A stretch of DNA of 64,000 nucleotides from Macrostomum lignano (taxonomy: Eukaryota), in NCBI GenBank assembly GCA_002269645.1, contig NIVC01001075.1, forward strand, positions 124,001-188,000. Direction: 5' to 3'. Positions within the stretch are counted from its first letter, which is position 1. Every line of letters begins with the position of its first letter. This document shows, one piece after another, positions 21,359-33,300 of this stretch. The notes beneath the pieces were generated by a model. That model made no database searches. It was not told the origin of the DNA and worked only from the letters and a program-made list of their open reading frames with translations. A program made the position numbers and the translations under genes.

Positions 21359-23278
21359 ATGAGAGATAATTTAGAGAGGTTGATCAAGCTTGATCACGAA
21401 TGGCCAACTGTACTAGTTCGAATGACTATTTTATGAAAGCCACATAAATTGCATGAAAAAATTACGCATCCAATTTCGTTATCGGATTTTATAATTTAAA
21501 ATCACTATTGTTACTTACAGTAGAGTAGCGTGATTGCACTACTGCGACTTTTTGGTGAAACTGTGTGGCTCCAGATTACAAAGGTAGCTTAGTTTTAATA
21601 TCTGACTAAGCTAAAGTCAGATATCTGACTTTAATATCTGACTTTCAGTTAGTTGGATTGTAGTGGAAAGGGGGTGGCATGGGAGGCAGTTTTGGGTTTC
21701 ATGTGGTTACTGTGGGATCGCATAAGGTAAATTTCTGATAAAATTTATACATTGAGAGAAAGAATTAGGAGAATTTGGGATAGCATTAGGAGAATTTATA
21801 GGGGCATTTATTGATATATTGATAGCTTTATTGATAAAGCTTTGAAAGCTTTGACATCTCTGCCAAGTGTCCACCTTCTGTAAGTCGCATTGTTCTCAAA
21901 CAATCAAAATCTTCTATTCCTTTCCTTCGATACTCGACGTGCTCACAGCAGGATTTCGTGACTCGTCGGACAATATCCACATCATCATCATATGATGACC
22001 GAGACGTACCTGAGCGATAGGAGCTCGGCCATCGGAGCGTACGTGCTGCAGCATATACTGTATGGGACAGTCCATCTGTTCGTTTAATCCCACATCCTAT
22101 GACTGGCTTCAATATGTCGCGGGGAACGCGGCCTATTTCGGGAAAATGTTTACCCATTCTCGCCCTCTCTTGCCCACTCGCTCGTTCATCGCAAAATCCA
22201 AGATGATTTTGCAATCGAATCGGGAATTCATTCCCTGAGCTGAAGCTCTCCATGGCTTGATTCTGTGGAGGAGACAGAAGTCCCTGCGAGAGAGCTGTTC
22301 AGGGCCGCACTCAAGGACGTAACTGATCTCGTGTTTTGTGGAAAATTATTTGAAGGCTCACGAATACATTTTGATCTAAGATATTATAGACGAATTCCTG
22401 TGGAAAATTTGTCAATTGGCATTTGTTATTTGTCACCTGGATACAAAAAATACTCAAAAGATTACTTTGAAATTTTATGTCGCATTTCATGTAACAATTT
22501 ATGCCCAATGTTTTAATACAGCATCATTTACACCAGTTAATTTTAGGCAACGGATCCGGAGTTTAATGAATTCGTTGTGGAAGACAATCAATCAGTGTAC
22601 GAGCTCGTTTGTCAGGGTGCCCGCAGCCCTCCTGAAGTTATTAAATTATCACTGTACTAAACCCTCCACCTCCATCTGGCTTTTTATGCCTTACTCTTCC
22701 TCCACTTTTACCCTATACCACTCTGTATACGTTTCCGCCATTCTCTGTGCCCCTAATTCAGGCATACGACTTTAATATTTTTAATGCACTAAATACCATC
22801 TAAAATCCGCATAAAAAGTCGTGCACTTTTAACGACTGAACTGCCGAAAACCAGCATAATCGGCGCACAAAATCCCTGACTCTCAGATGCGAGCATCCAC
22901 AGCGCCCATCAATTTTTATGAAATAATTAAACAATGTCAGAGTAAACTCTCTGCCTTAAGGATTAACTTAGGGATTAGGAGAGGCAGAATTTAGCCAGGA
23001 TTTTCTATATTAGATGGCTCAGCTTCCTTGACGCTCGCATACGAGTATGATTTTATTTACGACAAACTCCAGAGAAGATTACTTTTGGGCTGTAAAAAAC
23101 AAAAACCTTAATCAAGCGACTTGGCGAGCGTCTGGCATGGATTAATATGACTTACTGCTGCCTCCCTGCCTCACTTCCTGAGAGCAGGAGCTGCCTGCAC
23201 TTCCTCACTTCCTTGCAACCCCTGATTTCTCACTTCGAGTCAAGATTCCATCACTATCACGAAAAAGGATAAACCATG

Positions 23279-23832
23279 CAGTGGCGTATAAAAACATAAG
23301 ACAGGTGCGCCCAACAAGAGACAGGGGCGCCCACCAAGAGACAGGGGCGTCCACCAAGAGATAGGGGCGCCCACCAAGAGACAGGGGCGTCCACCAAGAG
23401 ATAGGGGCGCCCACCAAGAGACAGGGGGCGCTCACCAAGAGGTAGGGGCGCCCACCAAGAGACAGGGGCGCCCACCAAGAGACAGGGGCGCCCACCAAGA
23501 GACAGGGGCTAACCTTGACAGGGGCGCCCACCAAGAGGCAGGGGCGCCCACCAAGAGACAGGGGCGCCCACCAAGAGACAGGAGCGCCCACCAAGAGACA
23601 GGGGCGCCCACCAAGAGACAGGGGCTAACCTTGACAGGGGCACCCACCAAGAGGCAGGGACGCCCACCAAGAGACAGGGGCGCCCACCAAGAGACAGGGG
23701 CTAACCTTGACAGGGGCGCTCACCAAGAGACTGGGGCGCTTACCAAGAGGCGGGGGCGCCCAACAAGAGACCAAATATTGCCGCCCCTTACGGCTTCGGC
23801 CCCCCTCTTGTTAAAATTCACGTGTACGCCAC
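23279..23832. repeat. 21-bp minisatellite, possibly inside a MITE
   Basis: ggggcgcccaccaagagacag units; bounded by CAGTGGCGTA...TACGCCACT; no TSD found. Confidence 0.75.
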
Positions 23833-24069
23833 TTTAATACGTTTGTAAATGTATTTTTATCCGGTTTTAAGAAAACTTTTCCTACAGAAACAGGGCGGAT
23901 TCTGAAGACTTTTTTTGCGGGAACAACAATTTTTGGAAGGCTGGCAAAGGAAATCGATCAAGCTACCTTGCTATATTAGTACAGTATGTATACGTACATT
24001 CATGGACTTCAAGTGCGACCGTTCCCTCCTCCAACTCTGGAGGAGTGACTATTATTCGTAGTTTGAAAA

Positions 24070-24540
24070 TAAATAAATATCCATCCGCCCAACTAGTGAC
24101 TATGGCCCTCTCGGGTCATGGCTGTTTTCCAGGCATCGTCACCTCCAAGGGAAATTCCGTAGCGAGGAATGACCATTCTGCCTCTCCGATGTTGAGAATG
24201 TGGAGCACTTCATCTGTGAATGCCCCGCCTTTACTCAGGACAGGCTCACCTACCTCGGCCCAAACCCGGACCTCTCCGACGTTTTCAGGCCCAGAATCTC
24301 TACCAGCTCGTCCACTATCTCCTGGACTCTCCGGAAGGGGACCGCGCTGCGGACGCCGGCACCACCGGATCTCACAGCGCGACACTGCAGCACCAGCTGC
24401 CCGAGGTCGCCAGGCGTTAGCGGAATGGACGGCAACGCTTCCCCGTGGTATCCGGATGCCCGGAACCCCTGCAGCTGAGTCAAAGTAAGTCAAACTTTCG
24501 TCCCAGCATCCGGCTTCTTACTTTTAGTCACTACAGTATG
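24070..24540 (+). pseudogene. 3' remnant of a non-LTR retrotransposon (zinc-knuckle region)
   Basis: ALSGHGCF...(frameshift)...ENVEHFICECPAF..DRLTYLG resembles the C-terminal CCHC knuckle of I/R1/LOA-type LINE ORF2. Confidence 0.7.
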
Positions 24541-24606
24541 CAAAGTAACTCGATGCTATGTGTATAAAAACAAAGATTAGAAAGGTTTTTGGGCCCGAGG
24601 AGACTG

Positions 24607-25086
24607 TTGAGGTGTCAGGAGAGGGTTGAGGTGTCAGGAGAGGGTTGAGGTGTCAGGAGAGGGTTGAGGTGTCAGGAGAGGGTTGAGGTGTCAGGAGAGG
24701 GTTGAGGTGTCAGGAGAGGGTTGAGGTGTCAGGAGAGGGTTGAGGTGTCAGGAGAGGGTTGAGGTGTCAGGAGAGGGTTGAGGTGTCAGGAGAGTATGGG
24801 TGTCAGGAGAGTATGGGTGTCAGGTGAGTATGGGTGTCAGGAGAGGGTTGAGGTGTCAGGAGAGGGTTGAGGTGTCAGGAGAGGGTTGAGGTGTCAGGAG
24901 AGGGTTGAGGTGTCAGGAGAGGGTTGAGGTGTCAGGAGAGTATGGGTGTCAGGAGAGTATGGGTGTCAGGTGAGTATGGGTGTCAGGTGAGTATGGGTGT
25001 CAGGAGAGTACGGGTGTCAGGAGAGGGTTGAGGTGTCAGGAGAGGGTTGAGGTGTCAGGAGAGTATGGGTGTCAGGAGAGTATGGG
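24607..25086. repeat. 18/19-bp minisatellite
   Basis: gaggtgtcaggagagggtt and variant gggtgtcaggagagtat. Confidence 0.95.
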
Positions 25087-26089
25087 TGTAAAGAGGTACT
25101 GGCTCGGCTTCAAGTCGGATGTATAAGATGCAGAAAAGTCAGCAATTTTTTTCATTTCAACAAGGAGGCCAATCTTTTATCTATTTCCGTTTAAAAAGGT
25201 TTTGTTTACTTAAAGTTAAACAGTAGAAGGATTCAACGAGTTGGTCGGATTAGTCTTTAAATGAAATATAGATAACAAAACTCGCTATAGGCTGCAGAGC
25301 TCAGAATGCTCGTAGATTAAAATTTTCCGGACTAAAAAAACGATTAAAAGTTTTTGTTTTACTGTCTGCTGGGGTCGGATTAAACAAAACATAACAGTGC
25401 ACAATAACGCACAGTCTTAAATGTTAAAGGGGCTTTTAGAGAGAATGAGAGAGAAATCGGTGAGTTAAATTAAATATTTCTCTACTCAAGCAATCCGTGC
25501 TCAGCTGCTAATTAAGATAATTAACTCGATTATTTTGTCTCTCGTTTTCTCTCCTGATTGCCATATAAAGAAACGTAATTCCGCGAATGAAACGATAGCA
25601 AAAATGTCGAAACATCGAAAGAACAAGAACAGCTTTTTGTCTTTTTTAAATAGCTATTGCTCCTTAGTCAAGGTGGGATTTTGATAACAGCTTCAAAGGG
25701 ATATTGCTTGATAATAGGCCGCACTTAATTACCGGTTTCCAGAGAGCAGTTATAACAAATTACTTACTTTGGTCGGTCTTAGATAATTAATAATAAAATC
25801 TAAAGCCTAAAACGGCACACTTATTGGGCATGGCTTCGCAATGAAAGATAAAAGCGGGTTGCATGAAAGCGTGTTTCGAAACGCTGCACAAGTGGTACAA
25901 AAATTGGATTGTGCCAATTTAAAAGCGGCATAGTCTACAGAACTTTGAACAAACAAAAAACAACATCAGCGTGATTTCACTATCGAAAGAGTTTCGCTTA
26001 CAACAGAATTAATAATTAATTAAGCTTATTGTAAGCTGAGCGGTGCGCATTAGAAAGCAAAAAAATCAAAGCTGTTTCCTAATAATATA

Positions 26090-26495
26090 GTATTGGTTTT
26101 TGCATGCCAAGTGAGACACCCCTCAAGCAATCTGAGACTGAGTAGCAAAAACACCATTGTCTATGGCCACCCCTCGCTGCAGCCCAACTTTTTGGGATCG
26201 CCTTGCAAGCAAAGTGAGAAATTTTTTAAAGCTAAGTGAGAACCATTTTGAAAACAAAGGCTGGGCTACGGCAAATCAACTGCGTCTAACAAGCAACCAC
26301 CCCTTTTAATTTCGTAAAACCACCCCTTTGTTTTCAATATGGTTCTCACTTAGCTTTAAAAAATTTCTCACTTTGCTTGCAAGGCGATCCCAAAAAGCTG
26401 GGCTGCAGCGAGGGGTGGCCATTGACAATAGTGTTTTTGCTATTCAGTCTCAGACCGCTTGAAAAATGTCTCACTCAGCATGCAAAAACCAATAT
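26090..26495. mobile_element. Long foldback / MITE-like inverted repeat
   Basis: Arms of ~170 bp (e.g. gggatcgccttgcaagcaaagtgagaaattttttaaagctaagtgagaacc vs its reverse complement) around a ~55-bp loop; TSD not found. Confidence 0.75.
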
Positions 26496-26923
26496 TTTGA
26501 AAGCTACACAACACATTCTGGCGGAGACAATTAAAAAGCTGACAGAGATTAACATGCATATAGAGAATTTCTATAAAGTACACGAGATAATTCGGGGCAA
26601 GCCTTTAGGAAGGAGCTTTTAGGGCCCATATCTAAAATTTTTAAAATGTACATGTAGCTTTGCTTTAATGTACGAGCGTGAAATCCGACTAAGCTATTTT
26701 TAGACTGTTTTTATCAGACTTGTTATCACACGGGCTCTGTACATTCTGTCTGCATACTCAGCCCCTCTGTGGGGGGAGGCAAAGTGAATTAACTCCAACC
26801 AATCAGCGTCCAGCCCAGCCTAAACCAAGGGGACGAAATTAAAGCACCCCAACCCCAAGCACAGCGCAGCAAAAGGCGGTAATTTAATAAATATGTGCAT
26901 TTAGCTTAGCTTGAAGGGAACAT

Positions 26924-27128
26924 TCAGTCAAACCGTTGATCTGGCTTGTCGTGACTTTCCACCATAAACTCTGCCGCCTGTTTGTCCATGTCCGCCTGGA
27001 TGACTGCCGGAGGCTGGACGCCCTCCTGCCACACGGACACGAGTCGCTGCTTGTCAATCACCAGACGCTGCTCCGGCCGTCTGGGATTAACATAGTACCG
27101 AGTTCGCTGTTCGAGACGCATTACCAGA
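26924..27128 (-). CDS. ank: Ankyrin putative last coding exon
   Basis: Acceptor ttttgacag|, phase 2, fits the 28-nt exon; reads LVMRLEQRTRYYVNP...DQRFD*. Confidence 0.6.
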
Positions 27129-28011
27129 CTGTCAAAACGGAGAATGGTAATTGCTGCTTGTCAGTCACTTCTGTTCGGTTTTGCGATTATTATTGATAGG
27201 CCAAAGATGCGCCCACTAGAAGAAAAGAAAGAGTGAACTAGAAACCTTTCTAAAGGATTTCAATGGCTCGGAAATTTCAAAGAAATTTTCCCTTCAAATC
27301 AGAGCAAAGATCAAAAGAGCTGGACAGGACATGATTTGAGACCCCGAACCCGAACTAACCCCCGTGGCACGTCAATATACATGTAGCATGCACTTGGGAA
27401 AGTTATGCGGGAATGTCATGCACACAGCAATTAACCCCCAGTTTTGCAGCGAGGCACATACGAAGTACAAGATTTACTTAATTTGTATTCTTGAGATTTC
27501 AAGACTTCTATCAGTTGTCAAATTTAGTAAATTGACTGATGCCAGCTGGTATCTTGGTCTTCAGTTTAACATCCTGAATCTGAAGGTCCCAACCAATTCT
27601 GCCAATTCTTAAATCTATGATTGAGAAGCAATTCATACTCACTAGATTGTCCAGGACAGACGATCCTCTCTCATCCTCATCTCCATGGTTGATGATGCAG
27701 GCATGTATAAATATAGCTATTTTTCGGAGAGAATTGCAGACAGAACAGGGAAACGAAAAAGCACAAACAAAGGCTTGCGAAATATGCGGAATACAAATAA
27801 GGAACACAGCAAAGCAGCAAAAATGTTATTGAGGACTGAAAAGCTTCAATCGGTTTTCAATTTGGGATTGTCTTTTGAAAAAAATATGAAAAAAATATTT
27901 TCAAGAGCGATCCTAGAGTCAGTTATTAATATTTTTGCACGGCACAGCAGACAAAAAGCAAAATCCTGTTGTTGCTATCAGCGTCTCTTTTGTGCCATCC
28001 TTTTTCTCTAC

Positions 28012-28039
28012 CTCGCCGAACTGTTGTCGCCATGTTCAT
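28012..28039 (-). CDS. ank: Ankyrin putative 28-nt microexon
   Basis: cattttag|ATGAACAT...GCGAG|gtagag; phase 1 to 2 bridges the neighbouring exons exactly. Confidence 0.5.
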
Positions 28040-28221
28040 CTAAAATGATTGAGCAAGGAATTGCGAATAAGATTGATTGATTGACCTGATTACCCTGATT
28101 AACTAAGCCCCTCCACTACAGTCGATAAGCCCCATTTCGATATTGAATATGATTTAAAGGATTGGAAAAATTTAGACTCTTTATAGATAACTTAATGAAC
28201 TGATAAAGCCATGAGGTGCTT

Positions 28222-29450
28222 CTATCCTAGTCTGCTTTATTCACCTCTTGATCCCTCTATCCTCAGTCTGCTTTACTCATCTCTTGATTTCTCTATCCTA
28301 GCCTGCTTTACTCATCTCTTGATTCCTCTATCCTAGTCTGCTTTACTCATCTCTTGATTCCTCTATCCTAGTCTACTTTACTCATCTCTTGATTCCTCTA
28401 TCCTAGTCTACTTTACTCATCTCTTGATTCCTCTATCCTAGTCTGCTTTACTCATCTCTTGATTCCTCTATCCTAGTCTACTTTACTCATCTCTTGATTC
28501 CCTATCCTAGTCTGCTTTACTCATCTCTTGATTCCTCTATCCTAGTCTGCTTTACTCATCTCTTGATTCCTCTATCCTAGTCTGCTTTACTCATCTCTTG
28601 ATTCCCCTATCCTAGTCTGCTTTACTCATCTCTTGATCCCTCTATCCTAGTCTGCTTTACTCATCTCTTGATTCCTCTATCCTAGTCTGCTTTAATCATC
28701 TGTTGATTCCTCTATACTAGTCTGCTTTACTCATCTCTTGATCTCTCTATCCTAGTCTGCTTTACTCATCTCTTGATCTCTCTATCCTAGTCTGCTTTAC
28801 TCATCTCTTGATCTCTCTATCCTAGTCTGCTTTACTCATCTCTTGATCTCTCTATCCTAGTCTGCTTTACTCATCTCTTGATCCCTCTATCCTAGTCTGC
28901 TTTACTCATCTCTTGATTCCTCTATCCTAGTCTGCTTTACTCATCTCTTGATTCCTCTATCCTAGTCTACTTTACTCATCTCTTGATTCCTCTATCCTAG
29001 TCTACTTTACTCATCTCTTGATTCCTCTATCCTAGTCTGCTTTACTCATCTCTTGATTCCTCTATCCTAGTCTACTTTACTCATCTCTTGATTCCCTATC
29101 CTAGTCTGCTTTACTCATCTCTTGATTCCTCTATCCTAGTCTGCTTTACTCATCTCTTGATTCCTCTATCCTAGTCTGCTTTACTCATCTCTTGATTCCC
29201 CTATCCTAGTCTGCTTTACTCATCTCTTGATCTCTCTATCCTAGTCTGCTTTACTCATCTCTTGATCTCTCTATCCTAGTCTGCTTTACTCATCTCTTGA
29301 TCTCTCTATCCTAGTCTGCTTTACTCATCTCTTGATTCCCCTATACTAGTCTGCTTTACTCATCTCTTGATCTCTCTATCCTAGTCTGCTTTACTCATCT
29401 CTTGATTCCTCTATCCTAGTCTGCTTTACTCATCTCTTGATCTCTCTATC
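28222..29450. repeat. 35-bp minisatellite (intronic)
   Basis: ctctatcctagtctgctttactcatctcttgattc, about 35 copies. Confidence 0.95.
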
Positions 29451-29462
29451 ACAGTATAGTAC

Positions 29463-29830
29463 CATCGGCGCCTCCGTGGCCTTCCCGGTCGGGCAACCGC
29501 AGGCCCTCCTGGTCGAAGATATGATCGTGCTCTCTGGGGTCCACTTCCACGGCGTAGTCGTCGTCCATGCTGATGGAGGAAGCCAAGTCAGCCTCGGCTG
29601 CAGACTTCCAGCCGAAGGCCGCGCCGCAGCGTTTTCCCTGGCTCTGCCGCTTCTGCTGCTCTCCAGTTGTCTGCGATGCGTCGGACTGTTCCGAGACTTC
29701 AGACGTTGCTGACTCGGATCCATCCGATTGATGGCTTTCCTCCATGTGAAACAGCTGCTGACTCTCATCCGCTGATGCTGCTGCTGCCGCCTCGTCTTCC
29801 ATTGTTTCGCTCATTTTTATTGTCTACTTG
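29463..29830 (-). CDS. ank: Ankyrin putative post-giant exon (acidic)
   Basis: ORF MSETMEDEAAAA...DDDYAVEVDPREHDHIF; donor GAT G|gtacta, phase 1; acceptor and phase versus the giant exon unresolved. Confidence 0.55.
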
Positions 29831-30315
29831 TGCATCTGCCACTCCAACTCAAAGACTTATTGCGGAGGCTAACTACGCTCGTAACTGATTCACGCTGTGT
29901 ACCCTCTCTGAGCTAGCTTAAAGCCTACCTGCTCTTAAATTTCGCCAGCCAATGACGTAAATCTTTGTCACTATTGGCTAGCTATACTATGGCTAATGCA
30001 AAGTTCGATGACTACTAACAGTAGCTTTGAAGCAGTTAGGGTATTGAAATGATTAATTATCAAGAGAGTTCAAATCGACGCAGAAGAGAAAATAGGAGTC
30101 TTAAACCCGAACTATTGGCTGTAAAATTAATCTCTAGAAAAATAATTGCATTGTTAGCGTATGCTAATGAGGATAAACTGGACTGCGACAGGCGAGGATT
30201 AGCACACCACAAGACTACATACATCATGCAAGCAAGCTCATACGGTCCTAACTTCTACGAAATTAAATGAATGCTAATGGTTTGAAAACAAAATAGCATC
30301 CGAAAAAAACCGCAC

Positions 30316-33300
30316 CAGCCTCCGCTGACTCTGCCGTCTGCGCCGTCGTGCCTGCAGTCGAGTTCGCAACGTCTAAACTATCTGTGGACGCTTCCATAGC
30401 CGACTGTTCTCGAACAACACGGACGCCCTCGCTGGGCATGGAATAGGCCAGGGCCCAGCCACTGCCCGATGCTTCTTCGTTGCGCAATCCCTCGATGCTG
30501 TCAACACTAGCTACCATCATCTGGGCGGCGTCGGCTGAAGACAGGGAGTCGGCCTCGCTTGGTGCAAGCAGCGAGGATGTCATGCTGGCTCCCATAGCAG
30601 CCCCAGGCTGCTGCTGCTGTGGCGCTGCCAGCACAGACGGCTGACGCACGGAAGACAAGTCGTCATCGTCGTCCTCCTCCTCACTTTCATTTTCTTCCGT
30701 CTGCTGTTTCTCCCCGACCGGTTCTCTTTCGCGTTTCAATTCTTCCTCTGGAGCGGCTTCGTGACCGCTCAAACTGTCCGCATCGATGCGCTCCTCTTGG
30801 GACGAGCCGTGCACCAGAATCTCTTGTATGCGCTGGTAGCTATCGCCTGTCACGTCTGCCGCAGCTGCTGATGCGGTCGCAGAATTTGCAGCCTCATCTT
30901 CCGGAGACATCTCCCCGACTGTGGGCAGCTGACCAGCTTCCAGTGCCTCGGCAATCTTCGATGCTTCACTGAAGAGCTCCTCATCTACGGCCGACTTTTC
31001 AAGCTGCTCGAACTCATCTAACGAGGACGATTTTGAGTCCGCGGCAAGCCGCCCTTCGCTGTCCTTCTCACCTTCTTCCGCTTCCTCCAGAGGACTCTCG
31101 TCCAGAGGTGTCTGGCGCCAAAAATCACCTGGTGAGCCTGTGGTCGTCGCAGCTGCAGCCTCGCACTCGCGTTCGAGTCTTTCAAATTCCACCAGTGACG
31201 AGCTGACGGATCGGCCCCCGCCGGAGGCAGCCGCTTCACCACTGGACGAAGACTTTTTCAGTGAGCCCGTGCTGCTGACCTGCTGAGCGATCTCCTGTTC
31301 TAATCGCTCAAACTCAGACAGTGACGATGGAATAGAAGAGGACGCTGAACGGCTGTCAACTGAGTGCGCCTGCCCGCAGCTAGGGCTCCCACTGACGCCT
31401 GTCGCTGCGCGTGGAACCACCTGCTGCCGCTTGGCGAGCCGCACTGGGTCAGAGGATTGACCTGGCGCAGTCGTTAATCCTGCAGTCGCTGGCGAACCTG
31501 CGGACGCAGCACTTGGCGAGGACACCAGCTCGTAGTCCTCCAACGAATCGCGAGATGCCGATAACTCCGACAGCAATTGATCCTGCGCTGTTGTTGCATC
31601 CGAGCTGCATGACTCAGTCATGAGCTCAGGAAATCTGTCCTGCTGTTGCTGGTGATGCCGCAGCACCACTGTTGACTGGCTTGATAGGCTCGACGCTTCA
31701 GATATCTCAACAGACATTTCCTCTTCGATCTCGAAACCGATGATTTTCGGAGCAGTTCCAGTCGGACGAGGAATCTGCGAAGTCCGAACTGACTGTTGGA
31801 CTGTTGACTTTTGAGAAGCCGCGGTAACTGTCCCCGTTGATGCAGATGGCTGATCTTGGTTCTGATCTTGTTGCTGCTCTGGTGAACTCTCTGGAGTCTC
31901 TTTCAGCTCAATGATCGGCGAAAGGACGCTCTCGTCAATAACCACCGGCTCCTGATCCGGCTTCTCTACTTCCGAATCTTCTTCTTCAACTTCTCCTCCT
32001 GCGAGCAGATCACCTCCGAGCTCCATGAGGTGACGTTCAGCGAGCATCTCAGCGGCCAGAGCTCTCTGCTCAAGCTCCGGTGTATCCAGTGGCATCGACT
32101 CTACTTCGGGCTGTACTGCTGATCCCGACAATTCGAGAGCATCGTATGCACTTGCCAGAGCTGACATCACCAGCTGTGCTGCTACAGACTCTACTTCTGA
32201 TTCGGCCACCTCAGCGCCGTCCTCACCAGCGGGCTCCAGTGTTGTCGGCACAGTTATCTCTTCGAAGGATTCACTGGTGTCATTATCTGTTTTGTTTTCC
32301 TCTCGCGCGGGCAGTGACGCCAGCTGAACTGTCGTAGCTCTCAACGCTCCTATTGCCGGCCCGAGAGCCTCTGGGGTATCAAGCGGCTCGGCTGTCTCGT
32401 CAACATAGTCTTCGCCATCACCACCTTCGCCTGGGAATTCAGCCTCGTCGCACTCGGAGTTTTGAACGGTGTCCGGCCCGGCTAGGGTGGAGGCAGCCTC
32501 ACTTGCCAGCGACATCGAGATATCTGTGGCATCTTCGTCTCTTCCCGCTGGCTGCCGTGCCTGCTCCGTATCGCTGTCACACGTATCGGCGCCCGCCTCC
32601 GCAGCGCTAACCAGAATGAAGCCGCTATCGTCTTGGCAGGCAGGGCTACCGAAGTGTTCCGTGGTAGCGGAGGTCTCCATTCCTGCGCCTTCACTTCCTG
32701 TGCCGGCGGCACCGCCTCCCCCGGTTACGCTTATTCCCGAGCTAGGCATTTCGCTAGACCTGGATGCATCCTGGCTGAACGAGGACGTATTGAGAGGTAA
32801 TTCGCTCGCCGCCGCTGACTCCATCATTTCGGCTGCCTCAGCCTCCATTTCAAACTGATCCTCTTCCTCCTTGATTGGAGAGCGGTCGTCAGGACTAAGA
32901 CTAGCCTTGTCATTCCCCTTGTCCTCTTCTGCGATCTTTGATGTTTTTTCGTCCTCCTCGTCAGCTTCCAGTGACTGCGAAGTAGTAGCAGAAGCGGTTG
33001 CCATCTGCACTTTCGCATCTGGTGGGAGGGAGCGGTGGATGACTGAGTCAAATGACTCTGGCGTTGGCGACGGAGGCGCAGAACCAGGAGATGCAGGCGA
33101 TGCGGCGATGTTGGCTGCTGCAGCCGCAGCAGCTGGGAGTTGCGGCGACGCCTGTGGCTGCATCGACTGCTGCGTCTCTGTCGGTGCAGCCTCCTCAGAC
33201 TTAGCCAGTGGGAATGCCTCGATGCCATGGTAGACTCGAGTTTGCGGCTGCGAAACAAGCATAGACTCCTCCGATGCAGGCAGCTGGTCCTTGTTCCAAA

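Noticed and set aside
20748-21387. Leucine-zipper-like heptad ORFs (LDLISAR)n on both strands
   Set aside because: By-product of a 21-bp minisatellite that is open on both strands; no splice or start context.
21930-22080. YDDDVDIV as a LicD nucleotidyltransferase motif
   Set aside because: The preceding GTLLG..R..IPW motif is absent; single short match.
27511-27807. Candidate death-domain or extra ankyrin exon
   Set aside because: No DD signature and no convincing acceptor; flanking exons already join in phase without it.
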